Shown here: piece by piece, positions 12,327 to 24,969 of the stretch
Position numbering within the stretch: position 1 is the first letter of the stretch
How the letters are laid out: each line of letters opens with the position of its first letter
NCBI RefSeq assembly: GCF_006345805.1
Contig: NC_043010.1
Span: 15,748,001 to 15,812,000, forward strand
Length of the DNA: 64,000 nucleotides
Reading direction: 5' to 3'
Source: Octopus sinensis
Taxonomy: Eukaryota
Made by a program: the position numbers and the translations under genes
The notes under the pieces: model-generated
The model's input: the letters and a program-made list of their open reading frames with translations, nothing else
Told to the model about the DNA's origin: nothing
The model's database searches: none

Positions 12327-12643
12327 GTGGAGGCACATGGCCTGGTGGTTAGAGCAGCGGACTTGCAGTCGAGGGATCGCGGGTTCAAATCTCAGACCAG
12401 GCAATGTGTGTGTTTATGAGCAAAAACACCTAAGCTCCACGCGGCTCCGGCAGAAGGTCATGGTGAAACTTCTGCTGACTCTTTCGCCACAACTTTCTCT
12501 CACTCTTTCCTCCTGCATCTTGCAGCTCACCTCCGACAGACCGGCGTCCCATCCAGGTGGTGAACACATACGCCAAGAAACTGGGAAACCGGCCCTTATG
12601 AGCCAGGCATGGCTCGAGAAGGAACAAACAACAACAACAAACA
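12327..12643 (+). mobile_element. SINE family C with 12-bp TSD agaagcattcat. Other copies: 2984-3293(+), 7915-8215(+), 46422-46728(+), 48441-48746(-), 60009-60280(+, truncated)
   Basis: A box TGGCCT(A/G)GTGG, B box GGTTC(G/A)AATC, (CAA)n tail. TSDs are readable at five copies. Confidence 0.92.
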
Positions 12644-15319
12644 AGAAGCATTCATGCATTGCCTTGTAGCTTTGATATTTCAATGACATGATAGCTAATT
12701 TTTAAAGTAATATTGTAGGGTAAGTGTGAGAGGACAGATCTGGTTGGTTTGTAGATAAAACTGGCAGATAATTTTGGTCAGATATGGCCAGTTTAAATGC
12801 AAAAGAGTTAAACACATTTTCAAAATAATCTTAATCAGGATAAGAACAGGAACAGAACATTATGTTATCAGTTAGCAGAATCATAACAGACGATGAACCA
12901 AAATCCAATATAATTTCATTATATAAATAAGGCGGCAAACGGACAGAATAGTTAACACGTTGGACAAATTGCTGTGTGGCATTTCTTTGGACTGTCTCTC
13001 TCTTTACTCTTTTACTTGTTTCAGTCATGTGACTGTGGCCATTATGGAGCACCGCCTTTAGTCGATCATATCGACCCCAGGACTTATTCTTTGGAAGCCT
13101 AGTACCTATTTCATCGGTCTCTTTTTTGCCGAACCGCTAAGTTACGGGGACGTAAACACACCAGCATCGGTTGTCAGGCGATGTTGGGGGGGGGACAAAC
13201 ACAGACACACAAACACGCACATACATACATATATATATATACATATATACGACGGGCTTCTTTCAGTTTCCGTCTACCAAATCCACTCACAAGGCTTTGG
13301 TCGGCCCGAGGCTATAATAGAAGACACTTACCCAAGGTGCCACGCAGTGGGACTGAACCCGGAACCATGTGGTTCGTAAGCAAGCTACTTACCACACAGC
13401 CACTCCTACGCCTACTCTTTATGTTCTGCATTCAAATTCCGTTGAAGTCAACTTTACCATTCTTCCTTTTGAGATTGATAAAACAAGTCCCAGTTGAGCA
13501 ATGGGGGTTGATGTAATTGATGTATCCCATACCCTAAAATTCCTGGCCTTGTGCCAAAATTTGAAACCATTATATAAGTACCCAGCATGTTTAGTTATTT
13601 CCATAAATATTTAATACAGGGGCCACTAGGCCATGCAGATATATAAGAAGTACATGCTGGAAGCAATGGCATTTGGGACATATAGATGGTAAAATCAGCT
13701 CTTGTTTGATTTAAAGTAATCTGTGGTGGAAATGAGGAAACCCACGAGTAGGTTAAGGTCCACAAAGCTGGGTTCAGAAAAAGGGGTTAGATGCTATAAA
13801 CACAAACACCCACACTACTTGTGAGGTGTAAACTAGGGGAATACCCATCCAGCTGTGTACCCTAGCATTTCCATTACTGAAAATGATCTACTGCTTTTGA
13901 GGGGGTTCCTTTTTATCATTTTTATTTTTATTTTTACAAAGGGGTCTTTGTAAAAAGCCATTCAGTAAAAAAGGGCACCAAGTAACAAAATGGTGAAAAA
14001 AGCTGATCTAAAGCTACATAACATAAGGGGTCCTTGTTTTCTCAAGATTGTCGGACACAATTTTGAGGGTGATTTGGCAGTTATTTTTAATAAATTGAAT
14101 GATTAGACATAGACCCTCCATGGCTCGACATAACTGCTGCGCTTGGTCCAAAGTTTTAACTCAACAAACCCACGAGCAAAGACATTGTAACTATTACCCC
14201 CCCCCCATTACCACAAGCATTGTGTATCTAGGACTATCATTACAAATGTAACATTCCTTTTAATTATATTTTTTCCCGATGTTGTTTAACCCCCAGTCTG
14301 ATCTGATTTATCAAAACAGACCAGCGGTCAAGGGCGTTCCAGCCATGACCATCTCGTCTATTTTTATTGATAAGGGACTACGGTGTCTTTCTTTATTTAA
14401 GACGAAAGGGTGCGATTCAAGCGAGATTTAACTGTCATTTCTAAGAGGCCGAATGACAACATGGAGGTTATTTTGATGGATCGACATTACAACTGCTGTT
14501 GTTTAACCCCAGGTCAGCCCTGACCGAGCTGATCTGCGATCAATGACTTTCGAGCCATGACTATCCTGGCTTTTCGGAATACATAATTAAATATCGCTTC
14601 CCTTTTTTTGTCTTAAGATGCTAGGACGTGATTTGGCTGCTATTTCTAGCAGTACGAGACTACGTCGAAATTCTTATGTAGGCTCGTATCGTTGTTTAGC
14701 CCGGGAGGTCGGCCTTCGTTATAACAGACCTGTGACCAAAACTATGAGCACCACTCCCTTTTATTTTGTCAGGTATAATGTATTTAATACTAACAATACA
14801 TAACACAGCCTCAGATGTTATTTTTAGAACGAAAGGGATGCGATTTACGAAAGATTTGGCTGCTATTTCTAGTAGGTTTAAATGACTATGTAGAGAATGG
14901 CCTCGTTGGCTCGTGGCTGGATTTATGATGACAGGGGCTGTTAGGAGGTGGATATGAAAACAAAACAAAAAACATATTTACATACAGAATACAAATATAT
15001 TTCGAAAAGAGAAGTGGGGGAAAAAAAACGTGTGTCTGTGTCTGTATAAACAGAAAACAGATTCAGTCATATACAGTTACCAGACATCTAAAATATATAC
15101 TGGTGCATGCTTACATGTGCATATATTTACATACAAACAGAAACAGCCAGTTGTATTCACAGACACCCACATCATACACAAGCCACGAGTTAATGAAGGC
15201 GACTATATTTGGTCGATAATTCTGCTAGAAGTAGTAACCAGCTGTCCCTCGAAATGACGCTGTATAGACTTAAGTAAAAAAATAATAAAAGGATACATTG
15301 GACACTGTAGTCCCTGAAA

Positions 15320-15404
15320 TAGATAGAGAGAGGTAGATAGATAGATAGATATAGATAGATAGATAGAGATAGATAGATAGATAGATAGATATAGATAGAG
15401 ATAT

Positions 15405-15437
<33 letters not shown>

Positions 15438-15612
15438 GATATATAGATAGATAGATAGATATAGATAGAGATATATAGATAGATAGATAGATAGATAGAT
15501 AGAGATATATAGATAGATAGATAGATATAGATAGAGATATATAGATAGATAGATATATAGATAGATAGATAGATATAGATAGAGATATATAGATAGATAG
15601 ATAGATAGATAG

Positions 15613-15695
<83 letters not shown>

Positions 15696-15755
15696 TGATA
15701 GATAGATAGATAGATAGAGATAGATTGATAGATAGACAGACAGACAGATAGACAG
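15320..15755. repeat. Compound (AGAT)n microsatellite
   Basis: Direct reading. Confidence 0.97.
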
Positions 15756-16666
15756 AAGAAAATGACAAAATGATCACAGTTTGGAAGACCTTTCATCACA
15801 GATTTGCACGATCGGGCCTGACCTGGTGCTAAATAACAGCCATTCACAAACGTACACCTACAGTTTTCACAAAACACAAAAATAAAAGATAAACGCATAC
15901 GTATACACCTTATTAAAAAACAAGGGCTATATACCCATACATACATATACATTCTCGTACACACTGTATAATATATATATATATAGGCGAAGTTTCATAT
16001 ATATATATACAATGAAGAAAGTGGAGGTGGTGGTGTCACAGCATGGCTTTAGCCGTCGTGACTAAAATAAAGTACAGAACCCCCATATTTACAAAACACA
16101 CCAATACTTCTTCTTCTCCCTAGAAGTAAACAACAAAACAGCAATGCTGCTGCCTCTCAAGTTTTGTCTAATAACAAAAAAACGGTAAAAGACTTCTAAA
16201 AGACTTCTCGGGTATTAAACAACCACAAAACATACTGTTCGTTTCTTTTTCTTTTCTTTTATTATTTTTTTTACGGGTGTTTGTTTTAGGGAAAAACTAA
16301 ATTAAATTAGGAATTATTGGAACCAAAAAAATTAATTAATTAATTAATCGGGATACATTTTCTGAAGAATCTTTAGATCAAAGACCCAAAGATGTACTTT
16401 TAGACGCGATTTGGCTGTCTTTAAGTTTGGTTGTTGTTGGTTTTGGACCAAAACTTAAAACCATCATTTACACAAATTAAAGATTATTGTTGAGAGAAAA
16501 AAATACCACAATTTAAACAACCTGTATTTCTTATTTTTTGTAATTAACACCTTTCCACGTGCACACATATGCACAGGAAACTTTTTTTTTTAAAGGAATT
16601 TTACCAAAATATGCAAAGTAAAGTAAAAATTTGTGAGACTTACTCCGTTTTCTTTCTGTTTTCCAG

Positions 16667-16708
16667 TGAAATAACTTGAGATCAAAACGTTTTCTTTTCA
16701 CTCAGCAG
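16667..16708 (+). other. Weak candidate non-coding (5' UTR) exon
   Basis: Canonical acceptor (acttac branch-like site, then tccgttttctttctgttttccag|) and donor CAG|GTGCGA. All three frames are closed. Lies in a SINE-free interval of about 2.4 kb. Confidence 0.3.
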
Positions 16709-17904
16709 GTGCGATATACATATACATACATATATATATACATATATAGATAGATAGATATATATATACACACACACAATCTATATTAGAGAGTGAGAGA
16801 CAGGGAAAGATGGAAGTTGATAAAAAAGATAGCTACATGTAGATATTCGTCGATGGCAGAGGCGAGATGCTGATCATACAGAAGTAAACAGACAATCGAA
16901 TGTGTTAAAGCGTCATGGCAGGATCGAATCTAGGTCCAGGGAGTACGAGAGAAGTAATCAGTGTAGATCTTTTGAAAAAATGCCATTTGCTGTCGTCAGC
17001 GTCGCGCGAACCACGCTTCCGTCTCTTTCTGGCTTTCTCCTTTTTTCTTTTTTTTTTCAGATTTTTTTCTCTTTTTTTTTGAGATTTTTTTTTTTTTCTC
17101 ACACTGTCAATCTCCGGTACACGGTACCACCGAAGAACCTGTAATACATAGCCAATATATACACCACAGTAACCATATATATATATATATATTTGTGTGT
17201 GTGTGTGTGTGTGTGTATGTGTGCGCGCGTGTGTGTGTGCGTGCGTGCGTGTGTGTGTGTGTGTGTATGTGTGTACTGTTTAGTTATTATATGTGTGTAT
17301 ACAAATATATATGTATTTATTTACATATATATATTTGTATACATACATACATATATTTACTGGTCAGAGCGATACGGTTTCCAGATGTCGCAAGAACTGT
17401 GTTAAGAAAACACTAATTTAAAAAAAAACAAATAAAAAAAGAATGTTTCTAAATAAAAACGAGAGAAATGATAACGAAGAAGAAGGGATTTCCCAAATAA
17501 AGTATATATTATTCTCTCTCTCTCTCCTTCTCTCTCTCTTTCTCTCTCTCTCACTCTATTGGCCTCTCTGTTCTCTCTCTCTTTATTCCTCTCTTTGTTT
17601 CTCTCTCTCCGTTTCTCTCTCTATATCTAATTGCTAACTTCAGTTGCTTTACATTAGTTACTTCCCCTGATTGCCGCTCTTTTACACTTGCGAGGAAAAA
17701 CAGACACTATCCCTCCCCTCCCCTCTTTTGTTTGTCTTCTTTTTTTTTTATTATATTTCTGAAAAGAAACTTTCTCGAAGTTGGTAGAAACTTTTTTTTC
17801 TTGGACAACTTCTTTTTAGCTTTTTTTCATTCTTTTCCTGTTTTTTATGCTTTTGGTATTTTTATAGTGTCTAAAACCTTTATGGTCAAATAACCACTAA
17901 TAAA

Positions 17905-17949
17905 AAAATATATATATATATATATGTATATATATATGTATGTGTATAT

Positions 17950-18002
<53 letters not shown>

Positions 18003-18252
18003 ATATATATATATATGTATATATACGTGTATATACATATATGTATATATATGTATATATATACATATATAATATATGTATATATATATGTTATATATAT
18101 ATGTATATATATATATCTGTATATGTATATATAATATATATATATATATATTACATATATATATATATATATGTATGTTAATATATCTATTATATGTGTG
18201 TATATATTATATGTATATGTAATATATATATGTATGTAATATATATATATAT
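17905..18252. repeat. Long (TA)-rich microsatellite; similar tracts at 27923-28100 and 28223-28600. Also (CT)n at 22945-23050, (AAT)n at 4570-4690, cryptic (CCA/CAA)n at 1505-1700 and a GA-rich tract at 24520-24930
   Basis: Direct reading. Confidence 0.95.
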
Positions 18253-18255
18253 AAA

Positions 18256-18510
18256 ATGTGACCTCGTGTGTACCGTTGGCGATTTTTTTTTTTCTCTGTC
18301 TTCCCTTCTATGTTTCCGACGAGAGCTCCGCTCGAAACGTTAATCCCTCCTTCTATTCCTTCTTTCTTGTCGTGAGTCCGATAATACTATATTTGTTCCA
18401 CGTCCTCGCGTTGTATTTTTTTTGTTGCTTTCTTGTTTGATTACTTATACAATTGTTTGTTTGTTTTCCACCTGCCTTCGTCGTTTGTCTATTTTCATAA
18501 AGCTTCCCGT
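18256..18510 (+). mobile_element. Penelope-like terminal fragment with a hammerhead-like core; inverted homologue at 48120-48295
   Basis: Two dispersed homologous copies containing CCGACGA(A)GAGC-TCC-GCTC-GAAACGTT. Confidence 0.55.
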
Positions 18511-18845
18511 TATATATATATATATATATTACTATTATATATATATATATACATACATATATATATATATATATATTACATATATCATATTCATTTTAAA
18601 ATCCCCTTTTCCATGCCCCCATGGGTTGGACGGAATTTGCTGAAGCGGATTTTCTACAGCCGGATGCCCTTCCCGTCGCCGAACCTTACTTATTTCCAAG
18701 TACAGTCATATTTCTCATGAACAGACGATATTCTTTCATAGAAGAGTGGAAATAAAGGCCGCCGCTTGCATAACGGTGACACTCGTTTACAACTATTGCA
18801 AGATGTGATGTCAAGGCAAGGAGACAGTAACACACACACACACAT

Positions 18846-20537
18846 ATCACCATCATCGTTTAACGTCCGTTTTTCATGCTGGCATGGGTTGGGCAGTTTG
18901 ACTGGGGTCTGGCAAGCCAGGAGGCTGCACCAAGGTCCAATCTAATCTGGCAATGTTTCTACAGCTTGACGCCCTTCCTAACGCCAACCACTCCGAGTGT
19001 GTAGTGGGTGCTTTTGACATGCCACCAGCACAGGAGCCAGTCGGTGCGAGGTGGCTGGCAACGACCACGTTCAGATGGTGCTTTTTACATGCCACCAGCC
19101 CAGGATCCAGTCCGGCATCGCTAGCATCAGCCACATTCAGATGCTGCTTTTGACATGCCACCACCAGCACAGGAGCCAGTCGGGGCAAGGGAGCTGGCAT
19201 CAACCAGTTCAGATGGTGCTTTTACATGCCACCAGCATGGGGAGCCAGTCAGGTGGATCTGGCAATGACCCACACATGAATAGTGCTTATTGCATGCCAC
19301 CAGCATGGAAGCCAGTCAGGCAGCACTGGTAATGACCCACGCATGAATAATGCTTATTGTGTGCTACCAGCATGGGAGCTAGTCAAGCAGAACTGGCATC
19401 GGCCACAACTACAATTTCCATTTGATTGCAGTTTCATTTGACTTTGATTTTGATGTACTTGACTCAATAGGTCTCCTCAAGCACAGCATGTCACCCTACA
19501 ATCCAAAGGTACTTTTTTAAGTGGGCTGCTTATGCGACACTGGTGTAGGGTACAGCTGTGATCTCACTATACTTGCCAGGTCTCCTCAGTCACAGCATAT
19601 CTCCAGAGGTCTCAGTCTTTCGTCATTGCCTCTGTGAGGCCCAACATTCAAAGGTCATCCCATGTCTTCCTGGGTTTCCCTCTACCACGGGTTCCTTCTA
19701 CTGTTTGAAAGTGGCACTTCTTCACACAGCTCTCCTCTCCTCATCCATCCATAGTACATGACCATACCAGCACAATCATCTCTCTTGCACGTCACATCTG
19801 ATGCTTCTTATGTCCAACATTTTTCTCAGGGCGCTTACACTGTCGTGTGTACACACTGACATTACATATCCAGCAGATCATGTTAGCTTCATTTCTTTCA
19901 AGCCTACGCATGTCTTCAGCAGTCATGGCCCATGTTTTACTGTCATGAAGCATGGTAGTTCGCACACATATGTTGTACAATCTACCTTTCACTCTGAGTG
20001 AGAGGCTTTTGTCACCAGTAGAGGTAGGAGATTTCTGAACTTTGCCCAGACTATTCTTATTCTAGTAATAATGCTCTATGAGCATCCCCCCCCCCATTAC
20101 AGACTCGGTCACCTAGGTAGCGGAAGCTATCAACTACTTCTAGTTTCTCCCATCTGGCATGTGATGGAATCTGTTTTCTGAGCATCTGTGGTGTTTATTG
20201 TCCCTGTGCATCTGCCGCACACAAAAGCTATCTTCCCGATTAACCTTCCTTTGATGTTGCAGCATCTCTTATGCATCCATAGCTTACACTGGGTACAGCT
20301 TATGGAGTTTCTACCTATACCTTTTCTACAGATTGAGCAGGGCCATCTACCTAAAAGGATTTGTGATGTGTTTGCCTTGCTACTTACTAGGACTTTGGTT
20401 TTTGCGACATTGACTCTAAGACTCTTCGATTCTAAACCTTGCTTCCACACCTGAAATTTCTTTTCTAGTTCTGGTAGTGATTCTGCTATGACAGCCAGGT
20501 CATCAGCATAGAGGAGCTCCAAGGGGCAACCTGTCTT
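18846..20537 (-). mobile_element. RTE-clade LINE, 5'-truncated (YADD to C-terminus, modular 3' UTR, (GAT)n tail)
   Basis: ELLYADD at 20499-20510, VNVAKTK, GRLY..CVRTTMLH.S.TW..LERNE. A C4HC3 motif lies at 20208-20339. Confidence 0.92.
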
Positions 20538-20554
20538 ATATATATATCCATGAG

Positions 20555-21350
20555 TTAAGGAATGGAATAGATAAAATCTAGGCTGCATATGTTTCATAGC
20601 AAGTGGACCCTCAGAAGTGGTAAATATCCAAGCGAGGTTTACACCAGAGGTTACTCATCAGGCCAAGGGTATCTTGGTTAAATGAAGATTACATTGTCAT
20701 TAGGAGGCTCATGTTAACACATGGAGGATTCAATCAGAATGCGTATATATATCTCCACTCAAAACTGTGCTCTGTACGCATTCTGATAAAATCCTCCATG
20801 TGTTAATAGGGGCCTCCTAATGACAATGTAATTTTCATTTAATCAAGATATCCTTGACAATCAAAAGGCAAGTGAAAATCAAAATCAAAATCGATCAACA
20901 TCAATGGAAATTGCAGCTGTGATACTAGTGCCGGTGGTATGTAAGAAAACCCTCCGAACATGGCCGTTGCCAGTGCCACCCTGACTGACTTCGTGCCGGT
21001 GGCACGTAAAAAGTACCATCCGATCGTGGCCGTTTGCCAGCCTCGTCTGGCACGTAAAAGCACCCACTACACTCACAGAGTGGTTGGCATTAGGAAGGGC
21101 ATCCAGCCGTAGAAACATTGCCAGATCAGACTGGGCCTGGTGCAGCCTTCTGGCTTCCCAGGCCCCAGTTGAACCGTCCAACCCATGCTAGCACGGAAAG
21201 TGGACGCTAAACGAGGATGATGATGATGATGATGATCCTTGGCGTGAAGAATAGCCTGCAATATACACCTCGCTTGGATATTTACCACTTCTGAGGTCCC
21301 ACTCACTATGAAGCATATGCGACCTAGATCTTATCTACTCCATTCCTTAA
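20555..21350. mobile_element. Fold-back MITE (arms ~195 bp, TTAA-GG...CC-TTAA, Kolobok-like ends) split by an RTE fragment
   Basis: 20555-20745 is the reverse complement of 20775-20857 plus 21238-21350. Confidence 0.8.
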
Positions 21351-21941
21351 CTCTTGTATTTTTATTCACATTCCTGGCAACCCCAGCTGCCTACCGTGAA
21401 ATATAAAATAATTTTTTTCGACTTATTCACAGCATCAATACAGAAAAAATTCACAACATTCCACCCCCAACAAATTTCTATTGTTCCTGAAAGCTCTCTT
21501 TCTTGAAGCTCACTTACTTCCTACACCTTGATCCTTGGATCTTATATTTATATATATATATATATACAAAGCCTTGTGAGTGGATTTGGTAGATGGAAAC
21601 TGAAAGAAGCCTGTCGAATATATGTATATATATATGTGTGTGTATATGTTTGTATGTCTGTGTTTGTCCCCCCAACATCGCTTGACAACCGATGCTGGTG
21701 TGTTTACGTCCCTGTAACTTAGCGGTTTGGCAAAAGAGACCGATAGAATAAGTACTAGGCTTACAAAGAATAAGTCCGGGGGGGGGATTTCCTTGACTAA
21801 AGGCGGTGCTCCGGCATGGCTGTAGTCAAATGACTGAAACAAGTAAAAGAGAGTAAAGAGTATATACATACATATACACATACATATACATATATATATA
21901 CACACTTATACAAAGGGGTTTGTATGATTGTGTATAGAAGA

Positions 21942-22279
21942 ATATATTACTCAAAGGAATTCCAATTCAGTCTGTTTATTATGTTTTATTTATATCCTTA
22001 TAATATTAATATAGGATATAGAATATATGAAATGAAATATTGATTGTCTTCCTGTCACAATCTGAACCTGATGAATGCTTAAAAGCAAGAAAGTATACTA
22101 GTTCAATGAGAATAGACATTTAATATTTAATATTTAATTTTCAATATTTCATTTGTTCAATAAGACAATCAATACTTCATTTCATTTCTTTCTTACTATA
22201 TATTCTATGTTCTATATCATATATTAATATTATAAGAATATAAATAAAACATAAAAAACAGAGTTGGAATTCCTTTGAG

Positions 22280-22286
<7 letters not shown>
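21942..22286. mobile_element. AT-rich fold-back element (arms ~110-125 bp)
   Basis: tattactcaaaggaattcc...attgattgtctt pairs with aagacaatcaat...ggaattcctttgagtaata. Confidence 0.75.
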
Positions 22287-22315
<29 letters not shown>

Positions 22316-22456
22316 AGAAAATGGAGGAATAGATTTCTTTCAATCATCAACTTCCAGATAATACCAATTCTGGATAAATGATATCCCATAGTGGGTTACA
22401 CTCATAACCCCTATCTTACTTTGTACTTATTTATATATATATATATATATATATTC

Positions 22457-22784
22457 TGAGACCCCCTTCGGTCATGACTGACCATGGGACTGCACCTCGA
22501 AAGTTACCCTTCCAGGCACAAGTCCGGGCAAGGTTGTTTGTGGAAGACCAGCAGTTGCCCATGCATACCGGCCTCCCCTCTCCACACCACCAGTGTATCC
22601 AAGGGAAAGGCAAAGGGGCCAATACAGCTTGGCACCTGTGATATCGCAACACATTTCTACACTGGAACAACGTGAACTAAAGTGTCTTGCTCAAGAACAC
22701 AACATGCCGCCTGGTCCGAGATTCGAGCTCACAACCTCACAATCGTAAGCTTGACGCTCTAACCACTGAGCCATGCGCCTTCAC
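22457..22784 (-). mobile_element. SINE family G; second copy at 9907-10227(-)
   Basis: gtgaaggcgcatggctcagtggttagagc tRNA-like head and gtgttcttgagcaagacact. Two copies of about 330 bp. Confidence 0.85.
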
Positions 22785-22942
22785 ATATATATATATATAT
22801 ATATACAACAGGCTTCTTTCAGTTTCCATCTACCAAATCTACTCACAGGGCTTTGCTTGAACTAAGGCTATAGTAGAAGACACTTATATATAAACCAACA
22901 CTTTCATTGATCCCACATCCATACTTTACCACCAGATTATCT

Positions 22943-23056
<114 letters not shown>

Positions 23057-23570
23057 GTCACACACACACACATTCATCCTGTTTACAGTATCATTAATAT
23101 TCTGATTTTCCACACTATCAAACATATCCTAATCCCCACTACCCTATTCATTCCTACTCATCTTGTGCCTTCAAGGTCCATACTGATACCTTATCACTTT
23201 CCCTATTTCTTATCACTTTCCAGCTTCACCTGATAACTCCTTCTCTCTTTTCAAAACTGTGAGAAGTTACATAGCTCCTCCACAGCAAGAAACCCATTCT
23301 GTTCTGGGCCTTTTTTTTCTCATAATTCACTCCCTCTACACCTCATCTCCAAGCATAAAGTTGCCTCCTTTGGGGCTCATAGTCTTACAAGCTACATGAT
23401 GACCTCACTACTGCTGGTGGCATGAAAAAAGTACCCATGATTAAATTGCACTGCTAACACTGTAAGACACAATACTGACTTATAAAACCTTCAGTGTATT
23501 TGTTACTGTATTGTTGTCACATAATGAAATAGGGTATCCCTACCAGCAATTAATACGTCCATACCAGTTG

Positions 23571-23895
23571 TCAGTAATGTGTTTAATGTTTAAAAAGTGG
23601 TATATCCAATAATATTACATCACTGTATTTAGTGGCTATTAAATAATGTGCTTGTGAATGGTTAGTGGTACTGAAAAAGGAGCAATTACTCCTGAAATAT
23701 GTATATACACCTACTCTTCTATCTTCAATCAGTAATGTGTTTAATGTTTAAAAAGTGGTATATCCAATAATATTACATCACTGTATTTAGTGGCTATTAA
23801 GTAATGCGTTTGTGAATGGTGAGTGGTACTGAAAAAGGAGCAATTACTCCTGAAATATGTATATACACCCATTGCCTACTCTTCTATCTTCAATC
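23571..23895. repeat. Recent tandem duplication, period 158 bp
   Basis: tcagtaatgtgtttaatgtttaaaaagtgg at 23571 and 23729. Confidence 0.92.
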
Positions 23896-24194
23896 ACGTT
23901 GTTTACATAGACATATTCATATACAAAACATTGTAGCTTTAAGTGCTGGCTCTAATTTCTGTAGAAATATATATGTATACTCTTTACTCTTTTACTCTTT
24001 TACTTGTTTCAGTCATTTGACTGCGGCCATGCTGGAGCACCGCCTTTAATCGAGCAACTCGACCCCGGGACTTATTCTTTTGTAAGCCCAGTACTTATTC
24101 TATCGGTCTCTTTTGCCGAACTGCTAAGTAACGGGGACATAAACACACCAGCATCAGTTGTCAAGCAATGCTAGGGGGACAAACAGACACACAA

Positions 24195-24227
<33 letters not shown>

Positions 24228-24969
24228 CATATATACGATGGGCTTCTTTCAGTTTCTGTCTACCAAATCCACTCACAAGGCTTTGGTCGGCCCGAGGCTA
24301 TAGTGGAAGACACTTGCCCAAGGTGCCACGCAGTGGGACTGAACCCGGAACCATGTGGTTGGTAAACAAGCTACTTACCACACAGCCACTCCTAAGAAAT
24401 ATATATATATATTAATAAGTACATATTTCTATATATACTCTGACCTCATCCTGCTGCCAGCATCTCTGGAATTTGAAACGGTCACTAACATTAACGTAGC
24501 TCGCTGTACGAAGATCCATGTCCAGAAGAGAGGTGAGGAGGGGAAGAAGGGGGAGAAGATAGAGGGAGAAAGAAGCAGATAGGCAGTGAGAGAGGGCGGG
24601 GGAGAGAGTAGGGGAGAGGAACGGAAAAGAAAGAGGAGTGAGCAGGAGAGATTGAAAAAAAAACAGGGAGAAAGGAGACAGAGAGAAATGGTTGGGGGGG
24701 GGGATAGGAAGGGGGAATAGGCGAGAATGCTGTTGGGGCATGGATAAGCGAGGAGATGGAAAGAGAGAGTAGGGGAGAACAGAGAGACAGAAAGAGAGAG
24801 AGAAAAAAAAGGGAGGAAAGAAAAAAGAAGAAAGAGAAAAGAGAGGAGAGAAGGTGAGAGAGGAGTCTATGTTGGAATGTGGATAGTCGAGGAGAGTAAG
24901 GAGAGAGTAGTTTCAGCGAGGGAGATTAATATTTGTTTTCCTAATCCTCCTAAAGAAATATAAAAGAGC

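Noticed and set aside
15190-15964. Long 195-aa and 253-aa ORFs (also 17845-18181, 28220-28609, 22843-23233, 1459-1774)
   Set aside because: These are translations of (AGAT)n, (TA)n, (CT)n and (CCA)n microsatellites, not genes.
16905-17102. Lys/Arg-rich ORF resembling an NLS-bearing peptide
   Set aside because: It arises from poly-T runs read on the minus strand.
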